64,000 nt of DNA from Podarcis muralis (Eukaryota). The notes beneath the pieces are model-generated. The model had not been told where the DNA came from. It was given only the letters and a program-made list of their open reading frames with translations, and ran no database searches. The position numbers and the translations under genes were made by a program. This document shows, piece after piece, positions 1 to 13,401 of this stretch (its first letter is position 1; each line of letters begins with the position of its first letter). The stretch spans positions 34,596,001 through 34,660,000 of the forward strand of contig NC_135665.1 in NCBI RefSeq assembly GCF_964188315.1. Reading direction: 5' to 3'.

Positions 1-264
1 ACCTTTAAACTAAATTCTGTCTCCACTGTGTCTTATTTCCATGGGGTGGGTTTCAGGGCTCGATGCAGAAGACTCTTGCATCCTGGCTTGAAGTTTTCAA
101 TCACTTGACATCACATAGCATCTGAATTGGGAAATGAACCATTCAAAATGTGATTGGGAAAAGAGAGTAAAATCAGTAGTGATTTAGAGAGGACATGCAG
201 CTAGTAGGTTTATCATGTAAATTAGTTCACAGTTGGAGTTCCAATGAAGTAGTTAGCATTAGAG

Positions 265-400
265 CAGGCTTCCTCAACCTCGGCCCTCCAGATGTTTTGA
301 GACAAAATTCCCATCATCCCTGACCACTGGTCCTGCTAGCTAGGGAATCATGGAAGTTATAGGCCAAAAACATCTGGAGGGCCAAGGTTGAGGAAGCCTG
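265..400. mobile_element. hAT-type MITE (136 bp)
   Basis: TIRs CAGGCTTCCTCAACCT / AGGTTGAGGAAGCCTG; perfect 8-bp TSD cattagag (257-264, 401-408); quasi-palindromic interior. Confidence 0.9.
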
Positions 401-2535
401 CATTAGAGAATCCCTGTGTTGTGTTTCATACTAAAATTCCCTGAGACAGTATTAGGAAATAAGATGGGAACAAGGATGGTGAAAGAGGATTTGTTCAATA
501 TTTGGTGGGGGAAGGTAATTGCATGCCTGAAGGTCACTACTTGCTGTTTGGAAAAAGAAATCGAAAAACTCATAGCACTTCATTTTTACAGTGAAAAAAG
601 AAATGCCAGAGATTCAACAGAAGAGAAGACAAGGATGAATGGGTTGATAAAATAAAATAAATGCATTGACCATAGGAGCTCAAGGCTTTCCCAGCTTCTG
701 GTTGTGTAAGTCAAGAAGCTTCTTTGTGAAGGACCTGTACACAGTCTTGATGAGTCCTCATATGGGATATCTGGAAAGCTCTAGACATCCAGGGACAGAT
801 TTGGGGTGGGTGGGGAAGTCTTCAAATAAATTGTGAGTCATTGATAGGTGTTATCCAGTTGGGCTGGTTTCAAACAGCTATTTTCTTCTGCATATTGGGG
901 GAAGGATCAATTGTTGTTGTTTTAATTCTCTTCTACAAATATCCTTGTAAAAGAATATTTATTAAAGTGGCTTGTAGTTCCAATCCATATTAGATTCTAC
1001 TGCAGGGCCAAATTCTACTTGGGTGCTTGCAAAAATTGACTCATTGTAGGATCTCATACATCTATTATCAATCAACAAAGCTTTTCATGGTTGTTAAGTT
1101 CTCGTCCATGAGATTTGCCAGGATTAGTTAAATTCAGTCATATAAATGCTATGTGAAACTCAATCTGGTACAAACAATTTGTGAGTAGCTCAAGTGCTAG
1201 CAAAATTTCAGGAATAAACTATACTGGAACATTTTGATTCTTATAGACACAAAAATGAAATGTGTCTGGCCTATGCACTTCAGCTGAAAATTTAGTGGAA
1301 ATGAGACAAAAATTGGATAAAGAAAATACTGACTATGCTTGTTTCCTCTATCCAAATTATAGAGAAAGTACACCTATTTAGCTCCAGAAGTCACTATGGA
1401 AACACTGCAGAGGGTTAAAAGTGAACAGCACAAAGTGGGTGTTAATGGCATCTTGAAATAGCAATGAGTGGCTAAAACTTGATTATTTGGGGGAGAATCA
1501 GCAGGACATTTGAAAGCAGAGGGAAGAAAGAAAAAGAGTGATGTAAGAAACATAAGATCTATTGTTGCAAGTCTTCTTGGACGCTAATGAAGACAACACC
1601 TTCTGGAGCATGTTGAAACTGAATTGTACAGAATATCAGTTACAAAATGTCCCAAAGAAGGTCAGGTTTAACTGTGAATTTAATCTGCCATTTTCAGTAA
1701 AGCGGGTGGGAGGGGGTAGGGACTAACAAGAAAGTCTTTATCAAGCTCAACTTTTTAAATTACAGAGTGACAGTACATGACCACAAGCTTTAAACAGCTT
1801 GTCATCAGTAATTACTCCCCCAGTTATTTGGCTGAGAAGCTGAACTCTTCATTGCTGCTTTCAGTTTCCCTGTATTCACAGCTCACTCACATAGAAAAAG
1901 CAAGCTAGAGTTAGAAGGGAAAGATGACCCATAGTGTTTTAGAAAGGTGATGCCTTTTGCTTTCGGCATCAGCAGGCGCAAACATGTCAGTCATGTTAAT
2001 CAGCTTGCTTCACTGGATGCAGGAAACATCACAGTACAACCATATATGGAATGGTGTTAAGTTGACATTAATGATACGAATATTCAATCAATCTTTATTT
2101 AAACGTATGCATTAATATAGGCAGTTCCAAATGTCCAAATAGGTATCTAAACAAAATTGACTATGATAAGCTACATGTTCAGATATAGAAAGAGCAATAA
2201 GATCTTCAAAACCACTGGGTCAAATACAGTGTAGCAAAAGGGACCATAGTCATTATGTAGCTTTGGCATGAATAGGTGTATGCATGCGCGTGTGTGATGA
2301 GATATGTGTCCTGAGTGGGAGAGTAGCAGGGCTACAGAAGAGACATGAGTTTATCAAGGCTCAGTGAGAAAGGACTTGCAAGACTGGACAGGGGAAAGTG
2401 TGACAGTGCAATATGATGCTTTATAGGGGCCCAGATCTGCCTAGGGGTGTTTTACTGCAGCAGCGGGCACCAAGCCAAGGGGATGCAAAACAACAACAAC
2501 ATCTATATTTATACAGGTACCTACTTGGAAGATAA

Positions 2536-2890
2536 GGGACACGGGTGGCACTGTGGTTTAAGTCACTGAACCTCATGGGCTTGCCGTTCGGAAGGTTGGC
2601 AGTTTGAATCTGCGCGACAGGGTGAGCTCTCATTGCTCTGTCCCAGCTTCTGCCAACCTAGCAGTTTGAAAGCATACCAGTGCAAGCAGATAAATAAGTA
2701 CTGCTGCAGCAGGAAGGTAAACAGTGTTTCCATGCACTCTGGCACTTGTCACGGTCCTCCGGGCACCAGAAGCGTGCACCAGAAAGCTATGTGGATAAAC
2801 GCCGACTCCCTTGGCCTGAAAAGTGAGATCAGCACTGCACCCCATAGTCGCCTTTGACTGGACTTAACAGTCCAAGGGTCCTTTACCTTA
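2536..2890 (+). mobile_element. Sauria SINE (older subfamily), full length
   Basis: tRNA-like head gggacacgggtggcactgtggttta..., core ctgccaacctagcagtttgaaagca...agataaataagta, ACCTTT-type tail. No clear TSD. Confidence 0.85.
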
Positions 2891-3354
2891 CATTAAAAGA
2901 TCCATAGAAAAACAACAATACCAAAAGGAGTTATTCTGAAATTAGGAAATATTTGTGGGAGGGGGACCAATATTTTTTTTTTTAAAAAAAAGACCTAAAA
3001 TAAATGGAAGAAAGACTACAGATTTATTACCCATTACTGAAAACAGCATCAATTTGCAGCACTACATAGACAAGATCATTAAGGAAAATTAATTATGCCA
3101 TAGTACTGTAATTCAGTCTCATTATTGTGTCACTGAACAGATAACCTGGATAACCAGGATTAATTGAGAGCTGATAGCAGAGGGTGGGCAGCCACAACAG
3201 CTATTAGGCATGAGATCATGTGTTGAATGAAAGTGGGGAGACCTTTGGATATCAGCGTACCAGGGGAATTTAAACTGAAGTCATATTTTCTGCTAATATT
3301 TCTTTAATTTGTATACCGCCCTTCATCTGATGATCACAGGGCGGTTCACAATAA

Positions 3355-3515
3355 CCTCAATGCACTCTATGTGGGGTCTTCCCCTGGACCTGGTCTGAAG
3401 GCTCCAGCTTGTAAGGAACAGTGCAGGCACTGTTGATGTGGACAGTGTATCTCCAGCACATAAACTCTGGTGCTGAAAAGCTTATACTGGCTGCCCATAT
3501 GCTACTGGGCCTGCT
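3355..3515 (+). mobile_element. Decayed L2-type LINE ORF2 fragment
   Basis: Degenerate reading resembling NALYVGLPL..LQLV and LxWLP motifs of the L2 ORF2 C-terminus; frameshifted; boundaries approximate. Confidence 0.55.
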
Positions 3516-5169
3516 TCAGGGTTCTTGTATTTATTTATTTTATTTGTGTCTTGAAATTTATACACCCCTTGATTGTGTGTGTGGGGGGGGGACTCAAATC
3601 GGTTTGCACCCCCTAATGATTCCTATATTCAGATGTTCATCACTGTAGCACAAAATCTGGGTATGAGGAAGCGTGACTCTGGTTTGTGAAATTCAGCCTG
3701 CAACCCTATACCTATTTACATTTGAACTAAATGTGGTTTGCTTCTTGGTAAACGAGACAGGGTTGCATTGTTAGGGAGTGATGAAGTTTGATTAAATGAG
3801 GCACAACTTTTCTTTTCAATCTAGTTTTTGAAAATCATTTCAGTTCAACATTTCCCCTGTGCTGCCAGTGTACCATTGTGAACATTCAGAGCTTTCGTAC
3901 CCTTTGCACGTGCTCTGTTCCTGTCTGGAAAAGCCTGGATGATCATATTAAATTAATAAGCCGAGTGGGAAATACAAGCAAATGCAGAAGTCCCTGGCTG
4001 CTTTCACTATGCCTCTGTTCCTTCACACAAAAGCTAGCTACCTATCACACCGTCTGAGGACACAGAGAGAAACCTTTCTGCTGGTTGCGAATGCTTTCAA
4101 CTGTGTGCCTTTTCAAGTAATGTGGTGTGCTGATGGGAAGTCATTTATGTATTGTGAATGCATACCTGACTTTGGAAAGTGACATTACCTTTTGAAGAAG
4201 AAAATGGGGAAACATAAACTGTGTGATCTTTTAAATGCCTTAGGGATGAATACAACTTGGAGCTTGTCTGACATGAGTTTCAGACATCAATTTCAGAGAA
4301 CTTGCACTTCATGAACATCTACCAAATTTTGGTGCCATTGGCTAACAAGGACAATATGCAAAGTTCACAAAACTATCTTCTGCTAGGAGTGTGTGTATGT
4401 ACATGCTAACATGCATTTTATTCTGCCAATGGTTTCTTCTTCATTCCCTGATCCTCATTTTCTAAGCTGATGTACAAAGCCTTGCCAGCGGACAGCTGAA
4501 GTGGACAGGCAAACAGTCCTTACCCTTTTCCTGCCCACTGACTTCTATTTTCGATCCCTCTCTGCCGTTCTTTCTCTCAGTCAGGGTTCTGAATTATGTT
4601 TGCTGGACAAGGAGGAGCAGAAGTGGTTGTAAAGAAAATGTTGCAGCAATGAGTGGAATTATAAATAACCCAAAACAAATACGCACACTACTTCTCCCCT
4701 GCAAATTGCCTCTCTCTGCCGCTTTGCACATCAGCAGTAAAAGGAGGATTTGGGGAGGGAAGTGGGCTATGTTTGCTGCCATGATGTATAGCTCTGGTCT
4801 CAAGACTGGCTTATTTTTAATAACCTTGGTCAAGCCAACAGCAAACATTCCAAGGAACTTAGAGATCTCTTAATGTTGCGACTGTTGCCATTGGATTGTT
4901 TCCAGGTCCTTCCTGTGTGACCAGAGATAAGAAGGGGAAATTACTGTTTGGTTTGTCTCCAGAGAGTAATTACCTCTCAATTCTGTGCTTAGCTCCTGGC
5001 ATTTAGGGGCTGAGTTGCTTTTTCATTTGCTGGAAAGCCTCCACACACACCCAGCTACAAGTGGTGCTGATTAGATTGTTACTGGAGCAACACCTTTGTC
5101 TTTTCCCAAGCCTTCAAAAGCTTGTGAACTATGCTGGGGGCTGCACCCATGCACCTGAGAGATGTCCCC

Positions 5170-5450
5170 ACTCCCAAGTTGTTTCCAGGCCCAATTCAAG
5201 GTGCTAACACGGATGTTTTAAACCCTAAATGGCTAAGTACCAAATATTCAAAATACCATCTCCATCCCTACAGACTCTTCTGGGTGTTAAGTTCAGCAAG
5301 GGGGCACTCTTTGTTGTTCCACAGCCCTTGAAAATGTAGGGGATAATGGTCTGGAAGAGAGATTTCTCTGTTACCACCCCCTAAATTGTGGAACTTTCTC
5401 CCCATAGAGGTGCATCCAGCATCTTTGTTGTGAAGCTTTCACATGCCTCT
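5170..5450 (+). mobile_element. Decayed L2-type LINE 3' fragment
   Basis: ttccaggcccaattcaaggtgcta...ccctaaatggct (AQFKVL..LNG-like) followed by L2-like 3' sequence; boundaries approximate. Confidence 0.5.
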
Positions 5451-8400
5451 TTACCCTGCCCCTTAACAGTTAAGGTATTTTGTTTTGTAAGACCCATCTG
5501 TTTTGTTTCATCTATATGATTCTGCTTTTGCTTGGAATTGAGTTCTATATGGAGTTCAGGATAGAGTGTTAAGATTTGTGCTGGGCTTTGTATTCATCCA
5601 TGAAGCTCACCCAGTGACTCTCGGATGCCCTTACCCATTCTCACCTATCTTACAGGTTCCTTTTATAGCATTCTAAGTTCCTTGAATCGAGGCTAGGATA
5701 TAGATGTTATTGGGGGGGGGGGGAGAGTGAAGATTATGCAACCACAGTGTGTGATTTATTCACCCCAAAGTAGCAACCATGAAGCTAGGATAAGTTGTTA
5801 AAACAATATTCATACCTCATCTGTAAGCATCACACTTCAGTTAAATTCACATTCATTACATTTCATCCATAAGCATGCTTACTAGTAGAAAACACCCACT
5901 ACCCTTATTTTAAAAGTGACGAAGGTAGTGCATATGGTGATTTGGTTCATGGAGTTGTTTTTAGTATGCCATGCAGGAGCAGGTATGTGGAGAAAGCAGG
6001 TTGCCAATAGATGACCCGACTCGGAAGCATGAAGATATGTGCAGACACATTTGTTTTTGAGTTAGTGCAAATTCAGTTTCTCAAACCCCAAGCTACACCA
6101 CGCATCCTTCTCGACACTGTTTCTGATTTATTCCTATTATTTATTTCCTTTGTCAGCATTTACATTTTACCTGGGGGGGGGGGGGATGGCTTTCTGCACT
6201 ATATCTGACAGCCTCTGTATTTTAAATCCAAACTACCTGTCACATTTGGAAATATTTAATCTCCAGTTCAGAGTTGGGTCCTCCCTGGTGTGCACATATT
6301 ATGGAACTGAATTGACTGTATTTGTCACCAAGGCCAAGAAGTAACATGGTTCCTGCCTTAAAGACTTTTTTGCTAACCTGTAGAGAAAACAGGTTCATTC
6401 CTTTGTGTAAAAACCTCAGATGTTTCAGCATCTGAAAAATCCAGAAACTGCCATCCTTCCCCACCCCCTTTTTTATTGATGATTACCTTATTAGTATCTT
6501 TCCAATGCAGAATGGGATTCTAACTGAATACTAACATCACACACATCTGAGAGCTCCTAGCACATACTAGTCCTAGCTATGGGGTCTTACTGAGAGTTGC
6601 AAACTGTAGAGATCTATTGCTTTTAGTGTGCAATTAATCTTGTTGACATTACTTATATGAATGTGGATTAAAATGCCTGGAATGCATAGTGTTGAATCCT
6701 GTTGCTCATTAATATTGATCAAAGGCCATTGTTCTCTTTGTGTTAGAAGCTACTTAAAGATTACTTACAAACATATTACTACACTATTGATTTATTTTTA
6801 TTTTTTAAAAAGATCCCCGAAGCCCATTATGCTTTCAAGCAAGACTACAGGAATTTGCTGTATAGATGGATGCTTTTGAAACTTCATCTGCATCTAATGT
6901 ATAATATCAATCACATACAAAACTTGGTGGCATGTTCCCTATAGTATGCCAAAGATTTGCTATCTTTATTTCTGTGCATCATGTAAGCTGCCTATTTGTG
7001 TGTTGCCAAAACAGAGGACGAAAGGGAGGTTGAGGTCTACCATATCCTGTAAAGTCAATGATAAGATTAGCAGCACTATACTGCATACTGAAAATGACTT
7101 TTGCTGGAAACAGAACTTCAGGGACATCATAGAAGAACTTGCTATAAAAGAGCAGTTGGCCATTAGCACTATACAGGAGAAATTTCACACAGGGCTTCCT
7201 TCTTGTCAGGGTGGGTGGTTGGCTCCAAATGTCTTGGTCTCCTTCAGAGCTTCTGCCCAGAAAAGAATGGTAATCCTAATTTGGGAACCAGTAAAAAGAT
7301 GAGGGAAAGGCCTCATTAATGTGAATGGAAGCTCTTTGATTCTATAAAGAGAAGTCTGTAGAGCCTTAAAGCTATGGGTGGGACTTACTCTGCCCTCTTG
7401 ACTGCCACATAGATTCTGCTGCTGCTGCTGCTTGCCTAGTAAAGTGGCTCATGGGCTGCTACTCTCCTTACCTATCAGTTCATACCCATTTCTACTCATG
7501 GTGTGCCTCCTAAAAGGAGGATTACAAGCAGGGACCATTCTCTTGCATTGAGCTGAATGGGAGAGCAGTTGCTAGTGTGGAACTCTGAATCCACTGGAGC
7601 CACTGGACTTCAAGGGGGAAAGGGCTTTTCAGCCACACAATCTGATGCCAGTTACAAAAGATACATCTAATTATAAACTGATATGGGTTTGGCTAAGCAC
7701 ACCAAAAGTGGTTGAAAGAGCACAGCCTTAAAGGTTGTTGTGCTAGCTCTAAGAAACCATAAGCCAGTATTTTGTAAATTGGTATGTAGGACTGTGTGTT
7801 TTGAGGACAGATTTTAAGGATTATTTCAGTTGATATAATTGTATGGATGCCAAGAAGAATTTCCAATTGAATACATATTTTCATATTAAATTATGTTTGA
7901 GAGCAACACCGATGCCTCCAAGACCCTGATCCAGTTTTTGTGACATATGTAAAGCCAACTGAAAGGACTGAAACTTAAATTACTTGCAGTCAATGAAACG
8001 TAAACATTACTAATTTCATCTGGATTGAGCCCTTTGTTTTGAAATCAATATGTTATGTTACTTACAAGAACAACTATGATATTATTCAGATGTGTATAAC
8101 TACACCCCTACCTACGAAATTATTGATGTGAAACATTTAACAAAGATTTTTCTAAAATAATAATTTGCTTCAAGCACACAAACTGAATAATTATTGCTAT
8201 AATAATGCAAAACACAAATTACCTTTAAGATAAGCAGTATGCTGCTGCAAATGCAAATAGAACAGCCATAACTATGCATTATGCAAATCATAGATTACAA
8301 GAGATACTGAGGACTCGGCTACATTCATCACAATAATATGTTTTGAATGCATTATAAACATCCAACACCAGATAGCGTCAGAGAGCAAAAGGGAGTTTAT

Positions 8401-9514
8401 ATGGATTTTTACATAGGGTCCCCCCCCCCTTTGTTGTGATGATTTAATTCCTGACTTATTTATAGCATTTTAACCTGTGTCTATATCCACCCTGAGTTTT
8501 ATGCAGTGCTATTTTTCTCAGGGGGGAGGTGCCGGAACTCACCGTGAATGCTTTTATACAGAATAAAGTGAAAAATCAAGAAAGCTAGCTGTGTGTGCAT
8601 GCATATGCATGCGTGTGTGTAAGATATTTCTCATAGAATGATTTTGGAAGATGTTTAATATGTGGCAAAACAGCTCTTTCTTAGTATTTTGGCATGTGCT
8701 TTTTAAACAAATGGAAGGCAGCTAGATCAGTGTTTTTTTATGAAGAAAGTTTCAGGTTCAGCCCTTGGCATCCCCTACTGAAACAGAATGGATAACAGGA
8801 GATGTTAAAGTCATCTAATGCAATCCCTGGAAACCCATTGCCAGTCAGAGTGGAAAATACTGGGCAGAATGGATCAATAAGGTAGCATCCTATATTTATT
8901 TCAGCCTGTTGGAGGTGAAACTATGTATTGACTATGTCCAGGATCCAAAGAACAATGCAACTAGTTCACTGAACCTAAGGAACTTTTGTGTTTCTCTTAA
9001 ACTAAACCCTCAGGCTTTGTGACAAATAACTTTGAAACTGCTTGGAGTCTGCTGTTAAGAACAGCAAAAGTCTTCAGTTTGTTTGTTGTTTTGAAGCACC
9101 TAAGCCATAACAGACTGGGGCTGGCTCAAGGTTTGAGGGGGCCCTGTGTGAAATGACTTGTAATGAACTCCCTTCCCTATTGGTGGATCCCTCAAGCTGA
9201 TCTGAGGCAGTAGTAATACTCTTAGCAGCAATGCAGGGTGGCCAAGGCCAGCAATCATATTTATTTCCCACAATGCCCTAGACTGATGCTAGGTGAGGGA
9301 CATTCTGGCAAACGAAAATGGCACCTAGAGCCAGCCACCAATCACTGATCAATACAGATACTAATGTTGATTCAGCTATATACCGTAGTTTTCAGATCCC
9401 AGCTGCTGGAAAGAATTCAACACAGCACACTGACAATTGTTCCATCATTGCAAGCTTATCAGCTTGCCAGACAGTATGATCCGTCTTCTCCTCCCCCTGC
9501 ATGCTGTGCTTGAG

Positions 9515-9775
9515 GCTCTCCCAGCTTTTCCTTAGGATGTCCCTATTTTCATTGGATAAATGTTGGTGGGTATGGAGCTATCCGACCCCTGAGCCATCTG
9601 AAGGCAGGCCTGTATAGGGAAGTTTTTTAGTGTTTAATGTTTTATTATGTTTTTTATATCTGTTGGAAGCAACCCAGAGTGGCTTGGGCAACCCTTTCAG
9701 ATGGGTGGGGTATAAATAGTTAAATAGTTAAAGAAATGAACAGGACATCCCTATTTTCATCAGATAAATGCTTTA
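9515..9775. mobile_element. Interspersed repeat (MITE-like) with gatgtccctattttcattgga direct repeats around an L2-like tail
   Basis: Same modules recur at 31498-31825 (opposite orientation) and 31835-32005. Confidence 0.55.
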
Positions 9776-10982
9776 GCTGAGCTTCCTCAAATGTCTGGGG
9801 TTTTTTGTGGTCTGCCCTAATGTGAAGAGTCAAATGAAGCCTTCATCCATTTCAGTTTTTATTTCTCAGTTAAATATTCAGAGCAATTTAAAACAAACAA
9901 AACAAACAATCAAGCCTCGCAGTGCTATGGGCATTACAGATAGAAAGCAAGCCATATATGTCTTCTTCTTTCTGAAATAAACATTTTATTATTAAACACT
10001 ATTAGCATTTCTATAATAAACTCTATTAACATTTGTTATGTGACAAATTCCTTATTAGGGGGTTGACAAATGTTCACAGAGAACTAGATTTACAGTGGCT
10101 TCTGGTTCACACTATTGCCTGTGCTCTATTGTTCTTGCTTTTCGTTGTTCCTCTGAAAATGCATTCTGAACCAAGCTGAATTTTAAATAAGCGCCACTTT
10201 GTGTAAAGAGTCAACAATCCTTTTATAAGGAAGAGAAAACTGGAAATTGTTATATAGAGTGTGACACATATGGAAATGTACAATTTTGTAAATGTTAATT
10301 AATTCCACCTCTAGTCTTTATTTATATGTAAATTAAATGGCAGGAAATAAAATACGATTTTAAGTAGGCAAACATATATTTATTTTCATATTTTTTAAGC
10401 ACACAATTGTAGTTAAAGGAATGAAGATTAGTTCTTTATTGTGGTGGAGAATTTAGAAGCGGTTGTGAAGAGCTCACTTCAGATGTTTCCAACCATGTAA
10501 TCATTTTTTAAAATACTACCAGAATTGACTGCCAGTTCTTTGTAGGAGGAACATTTGAGGTAAAGAGTCTTCATCATTTGCCAGGTTTTTATGCAAACCA
10601 ATGGCTATGATCCAATGCTGGATAGGCAAAGCAAGGATTCATAAACATGTTGATGGAAAGTTGGTTTCCATCATAGCTTATTGGCACTGGAATAATGCAG
10701 AATACAGGAACATATACTGTCAATGCTGTAATATAATGAAGATTATGGATTGGATCCATGGTGCTCCCTCTTTCACAGAAGGATGCCATAAATGGATGGG
10801 TCTTGGAGGTGACCCCTGAGGAATGGAGGCAACTTTTCTCGATTCTTGAACCACACTACATCCCCCTGTGCCAAGCCCCATGCTATTCTGGATAGCCCCC
10901 CAGCCCTCTAGAGCAGGTGGGAGAGTGCAAGTAGAAGACAGTGTAGTGGGGCAGTGGCACTCACCAGACCTCCTGACAGCTG

Positions 10983-11400
10983 TGTCAGGGAACTGACATC
11001 TGAGACCAGCGGAGAGAGAAGTCGCGCCGATGATGCAGGGGAGGGAACTAGCAAGGAGAGAGAGAGAGCTTCCGCGGGGGAAGGGAATCAAGGTGACACC
11101 AAGAAGAAAGGGGAGGCTGAGAGCACTTTGGAGGGAAGGCTCAGGGACTCTTCCAGTGAGATCAGCGGGGAGAGTGCAGGACCTCCGCTTGGCACGCCTA
11201 CTCTGCGCAGAAGGCTTCCGCGCAGAGAAGCTAGGAGGAAACTTGCGGTCAAGGAATTTTTATGTTGGAAGAAGTTTAGGAAACGCCCACTAACGGATTC
11301 TGCCAGCGACTGAAGCAGCCGCGCATGAGGGCTGTCCAGCCAGGGAAAGGTTTAACCACCCAAGCAGCTTGGAGCAGTTGGTGGCTTACACACAAGCAAC
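10983..11400 (+). mobile_element. Probable Gypsy-type LTR (5' part, purine- and GC-rich)
   Basis: Starts TGTCAGGG; abrupt shift to GC/purine-rich, CpG-containing sequence. 3' end and TSD not resolved. Confidence 0.4.
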
Positions 11401-12049
11401 TACAATTCCCATTACAAGCTGAGTTGTTGCTGCTGCTTTCCGGGAAGGAATAGGGGATGGCCAAGATGGTGGGGGCCTCACTGTGGTGCAAATACATTGG
11501 CAAGAGCACCAAATTGGTTCTGCTGTTGCATTTGCACCATGATAGCCTCCCTGCTGCCTTGCCCCCCCCTCCCAGGACACTCCAGAGGGCAATCCCCATC
11601 CTATCCTCCCTAGGAGTGGGAAGAGACCAGCAGTGCCTCCTATTTGCCCACTGGCTGCTGTAGAGGCAACACAGGGGAGGACTGCTGAGGAGGCAGCAGA
11701 TCTGGCATCCAAGGAGCACACTGCAGTCATTGCTGTCACTGTCAGCAGCAGCAGTGAGCAGTACATTCCTTGGAGGTTGGATCTGCTGCCCCTGTGGATC
11801 CTGCCACCTGAGGCTGTTGCCTCACCTTGCCTCATAGGTGGGCCGACCCTGGAGTTTGCTGTTCTCCTCTTGTTTATCCAATTCTGGGGAGATTTTTTCC
11901 CTTTATGGTTGGGCCCTCTGTATTTCATAGCATGCGGTCTACATTCCAATGGCAAGTAACATTCAAAAGTGTGATGTTCTTGCATTCAACAGTGAAGACA
12001 GGTGCTAGTATCTTTGCCAGAAAAAAAGTTTATTAGTAATGTATGTGAA

Positions 12050-12158
12050 TCCTTGGCTCAGTTGGTTAAAGCAAAGTGCTGATAACACCAAAGTTGCAGG
12101 TTCGGGTTGGACTAGATGAGCCTAAGGGTCCCTTCCAACTCTACAGTTCTATGATTCT
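12050..12158 (+). mobile_element. Short SINE: tRNA-Ile-like head joined to a CR1 3' tail
   Basis: tggctcagttggttaaagc...gtgctgataacaccaa...ggttcg (A box, anticodon loop, B-box start) directly followed by ggttggactagatg...cccttccaactct...ttctatgattct (CR1 terminal motif). Confidence 0.7.
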
Positions 12159-13401
12159 TAACAGAGCCTGTCTTTGCCCCTGCCCCCACCCCCAGCCGTA
12201 TCCTTACACGCACTACTTCCTTCTATGGGTGAGTTTGCCTTTCTAGCAGTACACCTTAAAAGATAGCCTTAGGAGGGATTTGATGGTAACAAAACTAACA
12301 ATTAGTCGCCTGAGAAACAGTTTCTATCCAAATGCGATTCTGGTTTTAAATGCAGTATAAGGAATCTCAATGGGAGTATATTGTATTTAAAAATGGGGTA
12401 TCAGAGTTTTTAGGTGGCTAACCAGGTTGGGATAGCTGGGATAGCAGGCTTGTTGGTTTTTGAATGTCTTATGTAGATTTCTTTTCAATTTCATTGTTCT
12501 ATATGGGACAATGGCAATAAAGATTATCGTATCGTAATTAAAGAGGCACTCGGAATTCAGTGGTCTCTGTGGTATCAATGCCCATTTGTCTGATGATGAA
12601 ATTTGTATGGTGGTGGTGATTAAATCCATTCTTTTCAACCTTTTCATGTGTTATTCAGAAAGGGTGTCAAGGAAAACTACACTATTTGGCTCTCTTGGAA
12701 ACAACAATGATTACTGGAGCTGGATCCCAAGCCAAACTGAGTCAATCTGGGATTTAGCAAAAGTCAAGCCTTTCCTGTATCTGTCTCTAGGGTCACAGCC
12801 AGCACTGTGACTCTCCAATGGTTTGACTTTACCCCTGAAAGTACATATTCTTCCATTGTCTCCCCAGACAGATGGTTGCCAACAAAACATGTTGAGGCAG
12901 CCATGGGTACAGGGGGAAGAATGAGACACAGGCAGGCTTCATGCATTGTGCCCCCCTCCCCCGCATTCAGTCTGCATCATCCTGTGTTGAATTGGGGCCA
13001 CTCCAAAGCACCAGATCAAGCTCTGAATCAGATTGGGAGAGCCATGCAAAGCCCTAATGATTACTAATATATTATATATTTTGGAAAGTTGTTTATTTGC
13101 TATGCAATTGGATACCTCTGAAGATATGGTAATCAAATTTTGCAGGATGGTACTTGAGATCAACAAACAGGTTTTCATATATATTTGGATACAATTGTTC
13201 AGTATTTTGAATCAGTATGGACTGAACCTTTCAAAACTGCACTGATTTCCCTAGCCTGCTAGTGGGTTAATACTTCCTGAGCAGATGTATCTTCGCATAA
13301 CCTTTATCACTTGATGACTGAGTGAAATAAGGGTAGCAAAGTGTCTTTCCTGCATTCATATTTGATGTGCCATTTTCTTTTCATTCTTTTTTATCTTTCA
13401 G

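Noticed and set aside
6946-7302. 118-aa ORF considered as a viral or transposase remnant
   Set aside because: No motif could be recognised; a tblastn/HHpred search would be needed and there is no supporting structure.
11276-11985. 147-199 aa minus-strand ORFs
   Set aside because: No recognisable domain; located in GC-rich repeat-derived sequence where long ORFs arise by chance.
1-13400. Search for the upstream 30-bp EDIL3 micro-exon (ASDEEEPTSA-like) and earlier exons
   Set aside because: No convincing AG-exon-GT match found by eye; probably upstream of the window, although a diverged micro-exon could have been missed.
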